Positions 48,728 through 60,041 of a stretch of 64,000 bases of DNA are shown here, piece by piece. This DNA comes from Gammaproteobacteria bacterium. GTDB lineage: Bacteria > Pseudomonadota > Gammaproteobacteria > Eutrophobiales > Eutrophobiaceae. Under the pieces are notes generated by a model. It saw nothing but the letters and a program-made list of their open reading frames with translations, did not search any database and was not told the DNA's origin. The stretch spans positions 2,080,001-2,144,000 of the forward strand of contig CBDCTH010000012.1 in NCBI GenBank assembly GCA_965222155.1, given 5' to 3'. A program made the position numbers and the translations under genes. Each line of letters starts with the position of its first letter. Position 1 is the stretch's first letter.

Positions 48728-49498
48728 ATGCCGCCCGGCAAGAAAGTTCGGTGCGCGTTGGCGATGTTACTGGTCTTTATATTCCTGCCCGGTTTGAATA
48801 TGAACATCCAGGCTCTGGATTTCAGGCAGGTTATACATCCGACCGATAGTTACTCGCTGAATGAGGCGACTCCGGGAATAAATGAACAGGTCAGACTTGT
48901 CCGCGGTGTTATCCTGATTGCCAAAAAGTCCATGACGGACCCCAATTTTGCCAAAACGGTGCTGTTGATTACGCAATATGATGAAACCGGAACCATTGGG
49001 CTTGTCCTGAATCGTCCCCTGGATAAACCGGCTGTTGAAATCCTCCCTCAATTGCAGGAATTGGTCCTGGATTCACTCAACCTTTACCTGGGAGGACCGG
49101 TAAGGCTGAACAGTCTGCGCCTCCTGGTACAAACCGAGATGAACCTTGGAGAATCCTATCACGTTGTTGACAACGTCTTTCAAATCACGGACCTGCAGGG
49201 CGTACAGCACCTGCTGGAACGAATGAAGGGAGAGTTTCGCACTCGTCTTTATGCAGGTTACGCCGGCTGGCACCCGGGACAACTGGAGCAGGAACTCCTG
49301 CGTGGAGACTGGCATTTGTCCAGGGTGGATACTGCCCTGATATTCACGGATGATCCTGTATCCTTATGGGAGCAATTGATAGATCAAATGGAAATGCAAT
49401 GGGTGAGCCGGAATCAGAAAAAGACACTTACGGAACTTAACACTTCTTTTATATTAATTAGTAATATAAATAGCATTACTTATTATGGATTGGAATAA
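48728..49498 (+). CDS. YqgE/AlgH family protein with N-terminal signal-like extension (start uncertain)
   Basis: DPNFAKTV, GLVLNRP, GGPV, GYAGW.PGQLEQEL..GDW. Confidence 0.85.
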   Translation: MPPGKKVRCALAMLLVFIFLPGLNMNIQALDFRQVIHPTDSYSLNEATPGINEQVRLVRGVILIAKKSMTDPNFAKTVLLITQYDETGTIGLVLNRPLDKPAVEILPQLQELVLDSLNLYLGGPVRLNSLRLLVQTEMNLGESYHVVDNVFQITDLQGVQHLLERMKGEFRTRLYAGYAGWHPGQLEQELLRGDWHLSRVDTALIFTDDPVSLWEQLIDQMEMQWVSRNQKKTLTELNTSFILISNINSITYYGLE

Positions 49499-49570
49499 GT
49501 ATTGTTGTTAAAATTCCATTTTTACAGTCTGATTTACCTGTTCCTAGAATCACTATTATCAAGATTACAC

Positions 49571-50302
49571 ATGACAATCGAAACATTTGACATTGAAGCT
49601 CATGCCGAAGTCTACCAGGACAAAGGCCCGGACGAGGTCTTGCGCTTTGCCTTCCGGAATTTTGACAACATTGCTATTTCCTTCAGCGGAGCGGAGGACG
49701 TTGTGCTCATAGATATGGCCAGCCGGATAAATCCGGACCTCCAGGTATTTTCTCTGGATACGGGTCGTCTGCATATCGAAACCTACCGTTTTTTGGATCA
49801 GGTCAGGGAGCATTACAATATCAAGCTGGAGGTGTTGTCACCGGATAACGTACAACTGGAAAAATTGGTCAGGGAAAAAGGATTGTACAGTTTCTACAAG
49901 GACGGGCATAAGGAGTGCTGTGCTGTTCGTAAAATCACCCCGTTAAGACGGAAACTGCACACGCTGGATGCCTGGGTTACCGGTCAGAGGAAAGACCAGA
50001 GTCCCACCAGGACAAATGTTCGCACAATGGAGGCCGATACGGCATTCTCGACCGCCGAACATCCGTTGTATAAATTCAATCCCCTGTCAAACTGGACTTC
50101 CGAACAGGTCTGGAGCTATATCCGAACGAACGACGTACCCTATAATGAGTTGCATAGCAGGGGTTACATCAGCATTGGCTGTGAACCCTGTACCCGTCAG
50201 GTATTGCCCAACCAGCATGAACGAGAAGGCCGCTGGTGGTGGGAAGAGGAAACCAAGAAGGAATGCGGTCTGCACGCAGGAAATATCGGCAGCAACGGCT
50301 GA
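49571..50302 (+). CDS. cysH: Thioredoxin-dependent adenylyl-sulfate (APS) reductase, Fe-S type
   Basis: SFSGAED, LDTG, CC...SIGCEPC, ECGLH. Confidence 0.93.
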   Translation: MTIETFDIEAHAEVYQDKGPDEVLRFAFRNFDNIAISFSGAEDVVLIDMASRINPDLQVFSLDTGRLHIETYRFLDQVREHYNIKLEVLSPDNVQLEKLVREKGLYSFYKDGHKECCAVRKITPLRRKLHTLDAWVTGQRKDQSPTRTNVRTMEADTAFSTAEHPLYKFNPLSNWTSEQVWSYIRTNDVPYNELHSRGYISIGCEPCTRQVLPNQHEREGRWWWEEETKKECGLHAGNIGSNG

Positions 50303-50360
50303 CCCGATACGAGCCGATTAAAATACGCCAAAAAGGGACAGCCGGCGAAGTCGCAGAAAC

Positions 50361-51395
<1,035 letters not shown>

Positions 51396-51467
51396 TCACT
51401 TTTAAGTATATATGTTTACGATTAGAGTACTACTCTTTTTTGAATCAGATTATTTTCGTTTCTTATC

Positions 51468-52253
51468 ATGGATATCAGTTTTACCTTCGCCGGCTTTATT
51501 GTCGGCTTTATTATCGGTCTTACCGGGGTCGGCGGCGGCTCCCTGATGACGCCTATCCTTGTGCTCGTGTTCAGCATCAAACCGGCGATAGCAGTCGGAA
51601 CCGACCTGTTATATGCTGCCATAACCAAGGGAGGCGGCATTTTTTCCCACCATAAGCAGGGATCCATAGACTGGCGGATAGTCAGGTTGCTGTCTATGGG
51701 CAGCATCCCGGCTACATTGTCCGCGGTATTTATACTTCAACAACTGGCGAGCAGAGGCATCAACTATGAACCCATCATTACCTCTTCGCTCAGCCTGGCC
51801 CTGATCTTAACGTCACTGGTCATATTGTTTAAAAGCCAGTTACAGTCTCTTGGCAAAACGGAGCCGTTACAGTTCATCCGTGTCATCCACAGAAAACTAT
51901 GTACACCAATGACCATCCTTTCCGGTGCTATCATCGGCATACTGGTGACGCTCTCATCTGTTGGCGCCGGCGCTCTCGGTGCGGCGATTCTGTTTTTTCT
52001 CTATCCTCGCCTGAATACCGTCAGAATCGTCGGTACGGACCTCGCCCACGCAGTCCCCATTACCGCAATAGCCGGCCTGGGCCATTGGCACCTGGGCTCA
52101 GTGGACTTTCAATTACTGCTCAGCCTGGTTATAGGTTCGCTTCCGGGGATCTACCTGGGCAGCCATACCGGCCTGCATTTACCGGAAAAATTCATGCGGC
52201 TGCTGCTTGCCTTTATGTTATTACTGATTGGCGGGCGCCTCGCCATATTATAA
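51468..52253 (+). CDS. Sulfite exporter TauE/SafE family protein
   Basis: GLTGVGGGSLMTP, AVGTDL, VGTDLAHAVP. Confidence 0.92.
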   Translation: MDISFTFAGFIVGFIIGLTGVGGGSLMTPILVLVFSIKPAIAVGTDLLYAAITKGGGIFSHHKQGSIDWRIVRLLSMGSIPATLSAVFILQQLASRGINYEPIITSSLSLALILTSLVILFKSQLQSLGKTEPLQFIRVIHRKLCTPMTILSGAIIGILVTLSSVGAGALGAAILFFLYPRLNTVRIVGTDLAHAVPITAIAGLGHWHLGSVDFQLLLSLVIGSLPGIYLGSHTGLHLPEKFMRLLLAFMLLLIGGRLAIL

Positions 52254-52280
52254 AAAAACCCCGCTGCAGCGGGGTCTTTT
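52252..52280. terminator. Bidirectional rho-independent terminator
   Basis: AAAAAAA-CCCCGC-TGCA-GCGGGG-TCTTTT between convergent genes. Confidence 0.8.
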
Positions 52281-52304
52281 GGGTAACTATCAATGCCGGG
52301 CGCC

Positions 52305-52532
52305 TCAGTTGAAATGATTTTGACGATAGTTATCAATCATTGCCGCCAGTTTATCTTTGACATACAGTTTTTCTTTTTTCAGGTTATCTAGCGCGTAACC
52401 GTCTATTGGTGCAGCCCCGGAATTAGCATTCTTTACTTTCTCCTTCAATTCGCCATGTCTTGAATAAAGCCGTTTAAAATTTTCATTTTCACTTAGCAAT
52501 GCATTGACGATCTCCTGCTCATATTCGAACAT
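52305..52532 (-). CDS. YdcH/DUF465 family protein
   Basis: MFE..F.RLY..H..L...LKKEKL..KD. Confidence 0.85.
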   Translation of the reverse strand: MFEYEQEIVNALLSENENFKRLYSRHGELKEKVKNANSGAAPIDGYALDNLKKEKLYVKDKLAAMIDNYRQNHFN

Positions 52533-52684
52533 AGAAGCCTCCTTCGGGTTAGGTAAAATCGGAATGGAAAGAACACAATTAAAAGTTAGTCTATATTTTC
52601 ACAGACTACAAGCAAAATATATCTTATTATTAGCAGGATGACATTTCCCCAGCTTTTTATTGTTTAATCCGTATCTCACTGCCG

Positions 52685-53641
52685 ATGAGCGTTAATCCCA
52701 ACAACCTTAAACTCGTCCATATTATCTCCGGGACATGGTTGGTGCTTGTATTGATTGGCTACGCTTGCGCCACTCCAGATGACAAAGAGTCGTTCAACCT
52801 GATCGAGATTAGCCAGGGTATTTACGTTCACAAGGGCAAACACGTCGATTTGGAGCATATGGACCACGACGACATTGCCAATATCGGCTTCATAACAGGG
52901 GATGAATGTATCGCGGTCATTGACACGGGGGGCTCCGTGGCCATCGGCCATGCCCTTAAAAAAGCCATAAAAGGAATTTCCTCCCTGCCCGTTTGCTATG
53001 TCATTAATACCCATGTGCACTTCGACCATGTGCTGGGTAATATTGCATTCAATGAGTATGAACCTGAATTCGTCGGACATGAAAACCTCGTCGAGGAGAT
53101 GGAGCATAACCGTTCCTTCTTCCTGTCGGAATTTGCTGCCGACCTGGGAGAAAACCCGGGAGATGCCTCGATTATCGGGCCTGATATTGCCGTTTCCGAC
53201 CGGCTTGACCTGGACCTGGGCAACCGTGTGATTTCGCTCAGTGCGCACCCCCCTTCCCACTCTTATACCGATTTATCGATTTACGATAATAATACCGGGA
53301 CCCTGTGGCTCTCCGACCTGCTTTTCATTAACAGAATCCCGGTCCTGGACGGCAGACTGAAAGGCTGGTTGAAGACCATGGAGGCATTAAAATTACAGCA
53401 GGCAAACCACGTCATCCCCGGTCACGGCACCATCACCCTGCCCTGGCCCGATGCGTCAAACGCCCAGTTCAGCTACCTGAACATGCTGCTGAACGACACC
53501 AGAAAGGAAATCGAAGAGGGAACGTTCATGGAAGAGGTGGTCGATAGCGTCGGCAAGTCAGAGAAAACCGAATGGCTGCTGCACGAACAAAACCATAGAC
53601 GCAACGTCACCAGGGCCTTCACCGAACTGGAATGGGAGTAA
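52685..53641 (+). CDS. MBL-fold metallohydrolase (quinoprotein relay system/SoxH-like)
   Basis: ANIGFI, IDTGG, THVHFDHVLGN, IPGHG, C-terminal ELEWE. Confidence 0.85.
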   Translation: MSVNPNNLKLVHIISGTWLVLVLIGYACATPDDKESFNLIEISQGIYVHKGKHVDLEHMDHDDIANIGFITGDECIAVIDTGGSVAIGHALKKAIKGISSLPVCYVINTHVHFDHVLGNIAFNEYEPEFVGHENLVEEMEHNRSFFLSEFAADLGENPGDASIIGPDIAVSDRLDLDLGNRVISLSAHPPSHSYTDLSIYDNNTGTLWLSDLLFINRIPVLDGRLKGWLKTMEALKLQQANHVIPGHGTITLPWPDASNAQFSYLNMLLNDTRKEIEEGTFMEEVVDSVGKSEKTEWLLHEQNHRRNVTRAFTELEWE

Positions 53642-53670
53642 GAGAAGCGGCCGGTCTGTTCCCTGGCCGG

Positions 53671-55332
53671 TTACATATTGGGATAATTCGGTCCTCCCCC
53701 ACCCTCAGGGGCCACCCAGACAATGTTCTGGGTCGGGTCCTTGATATCACAGGTCTTGCAATGTACGCAGTTTTGCGCATTGATCTGTAATTTCGGATTG
53801 TCATCCTCGGTAATAATCTCATAGACACCGGCGGGGCAGTAGCGTTGCTCCGGCGCCGCGTACAGTTTCAAATTCGTATCGATGGGAACCTTTTCGTCTT
53901 TCAGGGTCAGATGGCAGGGTTGATCCTCTTCATGGTTGGTATTGGAGATGAATACTGAAGAGAGCTTGTCAAAACTTAACACACCGTCTGGTTTCGGATA
54001 ATCGATCTCCTTGCAGTCCGCAGCAGGCTTCAGACATTCGTGGTCCGCTTGTCTGTCAGTCAGAGTTAACGGCAACCTGCCGGAAAAAACGGATTGATCG
54101 ATTAAATTGAACGCGGCTCCCAGGTACAACCCGAATTTGTGCAGGGCAGCGCCGAAATTCCGGGACCGGTGTATATCGCCATGAGCCCAGGAGGCCAGAA
54201 AATTTTCGCCATAGGCAACCAGGTCTTTTCCTGCGGCGCCTTCCGTTTCGAGTTCCGACATCAGGGTTTGCGCGGCTACCATGCCTGATTTCATGGCGGT
54301 ATGCGTCCCTTTGATCTTCGCGTAATTCAGCGTTCCTGCGTCACATCCGACCAGTAATGCACCGGGCATGGACATCTTCGGCAGCGAATTCAATCCACCC
54401 TTGGTGATAGACCGGGCACCGTACGCCAGGCGTCTGCCGCCGGTCAGGGTTTTCGCTACCAGGGGATGGTGTTTAAAGCGTTGAAATTCATCAAAAGGGC
54501 TGATGTGCGGATTGGAATAATTCAGGTCTATGATCAATCCCACCACCACCTGGTTCTGTTCCAGGTGATACAGGAAAAAACCGCCGGACGCATCAGCGGA
54601 TAACGGCCAGCCCGAACCGTGCACTACCAGTCCGGGCTGGAAATTCTGCGAGTCCACCTCCCACAGTTCCTTGATACCCAGACCGTAGTGTTGCGGGTCA
54701 CAGCCCTCGTCAAGCTTATATCTGTCGATGAGTTGCCGGCCCAGGTGCCCGCGGCTGCCCTCGGCAAACACCGTATACCTGGCATGGAGTTCCATACCCG
54801 GTTCATAGGCGTCCTTCCTCTCTCCGGCAGCGGATATGCCCATGTCTCCCGTTGCCACGCCTGTTACACAGCCCGCAGCATCGAACAGGATTTCCGTCGC
54901 CGCAAAGCCGGGATATATCTCAACCTCAAGCGCCTCCGCCTGCTCCGCCAGCCAACGGCAAACATTCCCCAGGCTGACAATATAATTGCCTCGATTGTGC
55001 ATGCTTGCGGGAACAATGAGGCCGGGAACCTTGATAGCGGACTTATCGCTCGTCAGGAAGTACACGAGGTCCCGGCTGACCGCTGTGTTTAACGGGGCTC
55101 CCTGTTGTTTCCAGTCGGGGATCAGTTCGTCCAGGGCACGCGGTTCAAGCACGGCCCCCGAAAGAATATGGGCGCCGACCTCAGAGCCTTTCTCCAACAG
55201 ACAGACACTGACGTCCCGGTCTTGCTGCTGTGCCAGGGTCTTGAGGTGAATGGCTGTCGCCAGTCCGGCCGGTCCTCCACCGACAACGACCACGTCGTAT
55301 TCCATCGACTCGCGCTGTATGGACTCAGTCAT
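53671..55332 (-). CDS. Electron transfer flavoprotein-ubiquinone oxidoreductase
   Basis: GGGPAG, GAHILSGA, CPAGVYE, NCVHCKTCDIKDP. Confidence 0.96.
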   Translation of the reverse strand: MTESIQRESMEYDVVVVGGGPAGLATAIHLKTLAQQQDRDVSVCLLEKGSEVGAHILSGAVLEPRALDELIPDWKQQGAPLNTAVSRDLVYFLTSDKSAIKVPGLIVPASMHNRGNYIVSLGNVCRWLAEQAEALEVEIYPGFAATEILFDAAGCVTGVATGDMGISAAGERKDAYEPGMELHARYTVFAEGSRGHLGRQLIDRYKLDEGCDPQHYGLGIKELWEVDSQNFQPGLVVHGSGWPLSADASGGFFLYHLEQNQVVVGLIIDLNYSNPHISPFDEFQRFKHHPLVAKTLTGGRRLAYGARSITKGGLNSLPKMSMPGALLVGCDAGTLNYAKIKGTHTAMKSGMVAAQTLMSELETEGAAGKDLVAYGENFLASWAHGDIHRSRNFGAALHKFGLYLGAAFNLIDQSVFSGRLPLTLTDRQADHECLKPAADCKEIDYPKPDGVLSFDKLSSVFISNTNHEEDQPCHLTLKDEKVPIDTNLKLYAAPEQRYCPAGVYEIITEDDNPKLQINAQNCVHCKTCDIKDPTQNIVWVAPEGGGGPNYPNM

Positions 55333-55354
55333 GATTATCCGCAGATGGATATTT

Positions 55355-55594
55355 TATCCGCAGATTACGCAGATTTACGCAGATAAAATAAAACATTTCT
55401 CAGTGTATTCTGTGCCTCAGGGAAATTTATAGCTACATTCGCCGAGAAAACCTGCTTCGTTGCATCGCCAGCTGGCGGAACATCGAAATCCTGAGATACA
55501 AATATCAGTTCGGCTGAGAGAATGTCGAGATTATAGGGCTAAATCCCCTCCCAGTAAAAAAATAATCTGCGAAAATCTGCGTAATCTGCGGATA
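55355..55594. mobile_element. MITE family C, full-length copy (240 bp, ~30-bp TIRs)
   Basis: TATCCGCAGATTACGCAGATTTACGCAGAT / ATCTGCGAAAATCTGCGTAATCTGCGGATA. Confidence 0.8.
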
Positions 55595-55597
55595 ATA

Positions 55598-56947
55598 TCA
55601 GCTGCGCCGGCGTTGTTTCAGGCTCTCTTCCAGTTGCTTCTTTCGTTTTTTCTCGCTGCTAACGTAGCCCAGCCAGGTTTGCGCGGCCTTGCGACTCCTC
55701 TTGTCTTTGCTGGCTTCGTTGAAGGCCGCAAGGGATGCGTCAAATTTCTGCGTCTCAAACAGCGCCAGCCCCAGCATGATATTAGCCTGGTCAGGACGCT
55801 TCAGGCCGCCTTTCTTGAACGCAGTGCGCAGAGATTTAACGGCTTCATCATACCGGTAAAGATTGATATAAGCCTGGGCGATGCGCATATCCAGGTCGCC
55901 ATCTTTGGATAACCGGGCAGCATGTTGTAAGGGCGGAAGCGATTTTTCATTCTCCTGGGCCTGCAACCAGGCCTGTGACAACAGCCTCAGGTTCCTGATA
56001 CTGTCCTCGATTTTACCTTCTTTCATTCCCTTATCCAGCACTACCGCAGCCTGGTGAGGAGCCTCATGCAGCATGTACAGGTTGGCCAGGTTCAGTTGCT
56101 GGTTACCTCTCTGCAACATATCTGCCTCATACAGCATTTCCAGGATGGACATCTGCTTATCCAGTCGTTTCAATTCCGAATAAGTGCCGGCCATGGTCAG
56201 CCAGTATTCCGTTTTGGGATAATAAACAACCAACTCCTTCAGCACCTTGAGCATATTCTCGTAATCGCCGAGATTGTAATAGTCCACCCGCAGCAACAGC
56301 ATCAGGTTTTCTTTCGGGACATCGCCGCGACCCTTGACCATGGCATAAGCCTTTTTCAGTGGAACAAGTGATTCCTTGTACTGCTCCAATTGATAATAGC
56401 CCTGACCCAGCAGCATGTAGGCATTTTCAGTAGGATTCTCCGTCAGGGCAAACCACCTGTTGATAATGTCTACCGCCTTTTTATAATCTTCGATAATGAA
56501 ATAAAGCTGGGCGAGGGTATACAGGGAATTGGTCTCCAGCGCCTCGGGCAAGTCCGGTTGCGCCAGCACTTTTTCATAAGAGGATATGGCGTCCTTGTAT
56601 CTTTCCAGGGTGAAATAGGTATAGGCAAAGTAATTGTACAACTGTGCCTTTTCATAGTTTGAAAGCTTCGGCTCATTTGCCAGTTCAGTTAATGCCGCCA
56701 ATCCCTGGTCGTAATTATTCACTTCAATCAGTTCCTGTGCCTCGGTCAATTTGTTGTAGACCTTTTCACTCATCGACGGCGTTTTCCTGGTCTTACGTTT
56801 CTCTCCCTTCTCCGATGATCCCTGCGCGAAGACCTCAGGAGAAGTTGACACAATGAGAGCGGGGACTATAGCGAGCACCAGCGCCAGCAACACTGTATGA
56901 AGAAGAAGGGACTTAACCGTTGTGTAACGAGTACTCATAGGCATCAA
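55598..56947 (-). CDS. Tetratricopeptide repeat protein (TtpD-like, TonB2 system)
   Basis: Signal peptide plus TPR repeats; last gene of the TonB operon. Confidence 0.85.
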   Translation of the reverse strand: MMPMSTRYTTVKSLLLHTVLLALVLAIVPALIVSTSPEVFAQGSSEKGEKRKTRKTPSMSEKVYNKLTEAQELIEVNNYDQGLAALTELANEPKLSNYEKAQLYNYFAYTYFTLERYKDAISSYEKVLAQPDLPEALETNSLYTLAQLYFIIEDYKKAVDIINRWFALTENPTENAYMLLGQGYYQLEQYKESLVPLKKAYAMVKGRGDVPKENLMLLLRVDYYNLGDYENMLKVLKELVVYYPKTEYWLTMAGTYSELKRLDKQMSILEMLYEADMLQRGNQQLNLANLYMLHEAPHQAAVVLDKGMKEGKIEDSIRNLRLLSQAWLQAQENEKSLPPLQHAARLSKDGDLDMRIAQAYINLYRYDEAVKSLRTAFKKGGLKRPDQANIMLGLALFETQKFDASLAAFNEASKDKRSRKAAQTWLGYVSSEKKRKKQLEESLKQRRRS

Positions 56948-56956
56948 TCTCCTACG

Positions 56957-57586
56957 TTAATCCTCAAGTTCAAAAGTGATCTTGTTTTGTACGCCGGGCA
57001 CCTCGATAGGCTGGCCGTCAACGACGCGGGGCTTATACTTGAACTTGGCGGCTGCCTGCAGCGAGGCTTTGTCGAAAATGCCCGGAGGGACAGCCTCGAC
57101 AATCCGGATATCCTTTGTTGTGCCTGTTTTGGTTACGGTGAATTCAACGATCACGTAACCCTCGATGCCCCGTGACTGTGCCCGCCGGGGATAGATGGGC
57201 TGGACCTTGACGATGGGCAGATATTCGCCGTCGCTGGGCGCCAGGCCGAAACCGCTCGCATCCAGGTTGATATTCGTATTCACCGGGGCTGCCGACACAT
57301 GCACTGACTGCGCCTCCGGCGTTATGTTATCCATTGCCGGCGGGGGCGGTTCCGGTGGCGGCTGGTCCGGGGGCGGGGGCTTCTTCGGCGGCGGTTTACG
57401 GCGATTGACCACCTCATCAGGGTTTACCCGTACAAACTCCAGCATCCTGCCGGCTTCATCCTTGTCCAGGTCCCGATCCGCTATGTTAATCAGGTACTGC
57501 ATCAGCCAGAACAGGCCAAATACCACTATCAAGGCAGAACCACCGGCGATTAAGTAACGACCGACGATGAGGCTACGAACAAGCAT
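56957..57586 (-). CDS. tonB: Energy transducer TonB
   Basis: TM anchor, Pro-rich spacer, PIYPRRA..GIEGYV.VEF. Confidence 0.93.
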   Translation of the reverse strand: MLVRSLIVGRYLIAGGSALIVVFGLFWLMQYLINIADRDLDKDEAGRMLEFVRVNPDEVVNRRKPPPKKPPPPDQPPPEPPPPAMDNITPEAQSVHVSAAPVNTNINLDASGFGLAPSDGEYLPIVKVQPIYPRRAQSRGIEGYVIVEFTVTKTGTTKDIRIVEAVPPGIFDKASLQAAAKFKYKPRVVDGQPIEVPGVQNKITFELED

Positions 57587-57603
57587 TCGAACAAAACCCG
57601 TCG

Positions 57604-58005
57604 TTATTTTTCGGCCGCAAGTGCGATGTTGGTCACACCTGCCTGGCGTGCGGCGTCCATAACCTCAACCAGCATTTTATTCTTGGATTCCTCATCCGCC
57701 TGAATAACAACCGAACCCTGTGGGTTTTCGGAGCGCAGGCGTTTGATATTCGGAATAACGGAACGGATGTCTATCTTCCTGCGGTCCAGCCAGATATTAT
57801 TGTTGGCATCAATCGCGATGAGTATATTTGCTTTTTTCTTTACTTCCGCGGTCGGCGCATCGGGTTTATTTACATCGATACCGGATTCCTTGACAAAGGT
57901 CGCCGTCACAATGAAGAAAATCAGCATGATGAATACTATGTCAATCAAAGGTGTTATATCAACCTGTGACTCATCATCGGCAGATCCACTGGTGATTCTA
58001 CGCAT
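57604..58005 (-). CDS. exbD: Biopolymer transport protein ExbD
   Basis: DITPLIDIVFIMLIFFIVT. Confidence 0.94.
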   Translation of the reverse strand: MRRITSGSADDESQVDITPLIDIVFIMLIFFIVTATFVKESGIDVNKPDAPTAEVKKKANILIAIDANNNIWLDRRKIDIRSVIPNIKRLRSENPQGSVVIQADEESKNKMLVEVMDAARQAGVTNIALAAEK

Positions 58006-58031
58006 AGTTAAGCTTCCTCACAGCATATAAA

Positions 58032-58613
58032 TTAATGGTCCATCGTCAAGTGCTCGCTCAATTTCTCAACTTCTGAGTCAGCCTTGCTCTGTAACCAGAC
58101 ACTGATAAAATAGCCGGATAATGCCGCGACCATACCGGACATGGTCGGCACCGTCGCCTGTGAGACCCCGGCCGCCATGGCCCTGGCGTTACCGGTGCCC
58201 AGAAACGCCATTACCTCAAACACTGTGATCATCCCCGTCACCGTTCCCAGCAAACCTACCAGCGGGCACAAGGCGACGCAGGCCTTGATGGTTCCCAGGT
58301 ATTGATTCGCCCGGACCTTGGCATCAGAGATCAGGGCTTCACGCACCCGGCGGGCATTCCAGGATTTCCTTTCCGGACGCGTATCCCAGCGCTTAACGGC
58401 CCCCTCGGACAAGCGTGGTTGTTGGATCGAAAAATAAATAAACCGTTCCACAATACACAGCCACATGATGGCAAGCACTACAGCTACCAGGTACAACACC
58501 GGTCCACCCAGTTCCAGGAAGTCCCGGATGGCTTCCCACATATCGATGAAGCCCTGTTCGATCCCTACGAGGGATGTGATGCCGCGCAGGATTGAATAGA
58601 TAAGATCAGCCAT
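58032..58613 (-). CDS. exbB: MotA/TolQ/ExbB proton channel
   Basis: PLVGLLGTVTGMI, MAAGVSQA. Confidence 0.9.
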   Translation of the reverse strand: MADLIYSILRGITSLVGIEQGFIDMWEAIRDFLELGGPVLYLVAVVLAIMWLCIVERFIYFSIQQPRLSEGAVKRWDTRPERKSWNARRVREALISDAKVRANQYLGTIKACVALCPLVGLLGTVTGMITVFEVMAFLGTGNARAMAAGVSQATVPTMSGMVAALSGYFISVWLQSKADSEVEKLSEHLTMDH

Positions 58614-58634
58614 TTGTCATTATCAATAGTCGAA

Positions 58635-60041
58635 TCATGCTGCCTGGTGCTGTTGCTCCGATGCTTCTGCGACAAAACCGGTTGCCTGCCCTTCCAGAGT
58701 CTCGACAATCCTTCTGCTCTGGCCGGCCATGATACTGTGCAGAAATACCGTAGGGATGGCGACACACAAACCCAGCATCGTGGTGATCAAGGCCTGTGAA
58801 ATACCGCCGGCCATGAGTTTCGGGTCGCCGGTACCGAACATGGTAATTGACTGGAACGTCACGATCATGCCGATAACCGTACCCAATAATCCGAGCAACG
58901 GCGCAACCACGGAAATGACCTTGATCAGTGTGTTTAACCGGCTCAGTTTCGGCACCTCGCGTAATACCGCCTCACCCATCTTCAATTCCAGGGATTCCAC
59001 ATCGATGTTCTTGTTCTCATGATAAGCGAGCAATACCCGCCCAAGGGGATTACTCCTGGATGGATTATCCACATTGCGTACCTGTTTGGCTACCGACATA
59101 CCGACGCCCATCATGTAAAGAATCCTGAGCAGGGCTATGCTGATGCCGAAAATACCCAGGCCGATGATGATCCAGCCTACCGTCCCACCCTGGGTCGTAG
59201 CCCGTTCATACCAACTGGGCACATTAACCAACTGACCCAGCAACTGGCCTTTGGTCGGGTCCAGGCCTAATGGAATAAAACCGCCTTCAGCCTCAGCCAA
59301 CTCTTCGGCGCCGTTGACAAAGCGATCTTCCGGCTGGCGCAGCAGTTCGGAAATCTTCTGTGTTTCCGGATCATATTTAAGGTATTTGCCGGCGGCGACC
59401 AGGTTGAATACGCCTACCCTGATGACGTCTTTTTCCACTTCCTGGCCGTCAGGAAGAACAACGTCCGACTTGAAGCGCTTCACCTTGCCGGTCTCGGTCA
59501 TTTCCCGCTGGATCTCGAACCAGAGTTCTTCAATCTCTTCCAAAGACGCCAATTCACTCCCGGAACCCATTTTCTCCGCCAGCGAGGTGAGGAAATCACC
59601 GCGTCCGGGATATTCAATGTTGGTCAATGATGCATCAAAAGTAGCACGGGAATCGCCTGCTGCGGTCTGTAGTACGCCAAATAATTCCTTTAATGATCCC
59701 AGCGCCTGTTGCAGGTCCTGCTTCAGTATATCAATGTCGTCCTGGTTGGCCTCAAATTCCTTTTCCAAACGCTCACTGACCGCTTCAAGTACCGCCCTTT
59801 CCTGGTTGGCTTTCTTCAATAACCCGGCCTGGCTCGCCTTGTTACGTTTAAATTCGTCTTCTCTGGCCTTGTTTTCTTTGGATTCATCAATCCTGCCCTG
59901 CTGCACCTGTTTCAGTAACGTATCAAGTGACATCGCTTCATCGGCGGCAATGGCGGGAGACAGGTAACCTGAAAGCAATAAAATAACGATTAGGTATTGG
60001 TAAAGTTTCACGTCTGGGTCTCCTCTGTTACTGCGCCGCAC
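58635..60041 (-). CDS. TtpC-like MotA/TolQ/ExbB protein with large periplasmic domain (start uncertain)
   Basis: Coiled-coil N-terminus; APLLGLLGTVIGMI..FQ, MAGGISQAL. Confidence 0.9.
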   Translation of the reverse strand: MRRSNRGDPDVKLYQYLIVILLLSGYLSPAIAADEAMSLDTLLKQVQQGRIDESKENKAREDEFKRNKASQAGLLKKANQERAVLEAVSERLEKEFEANQDDIDILKQDLQQALGSLKELFGVLQTAAGDSRATFDASLTNIEYPGRGDFLTSLAEKMGSGSELASLEEIEELWFEIQREMTETGKVKRFKSDVVLPDGQEVEKDVIRVGVFNLVAAGKYLKYDPETQKISELLRQPEDRFVNGAEELAEAEGGFIPLGLDPTKGQLLGQLVNVPSWYERATTQGGTVGWIIIGLGIFGISIALLRILYMMGVGMSVAKQVRNVDNPSRSNPLGRVLLAYHENKNIDVESLELKMGEAVLREVPKLSRLNTLIKVISVVAPLLGLLGTVIGMIVTFQSITMFGTGDPKLMAGGISQALITTMLGLCVAIPTVFLHSIMAGQSRRIVETLEGQATGFVAEASEQQHQAA

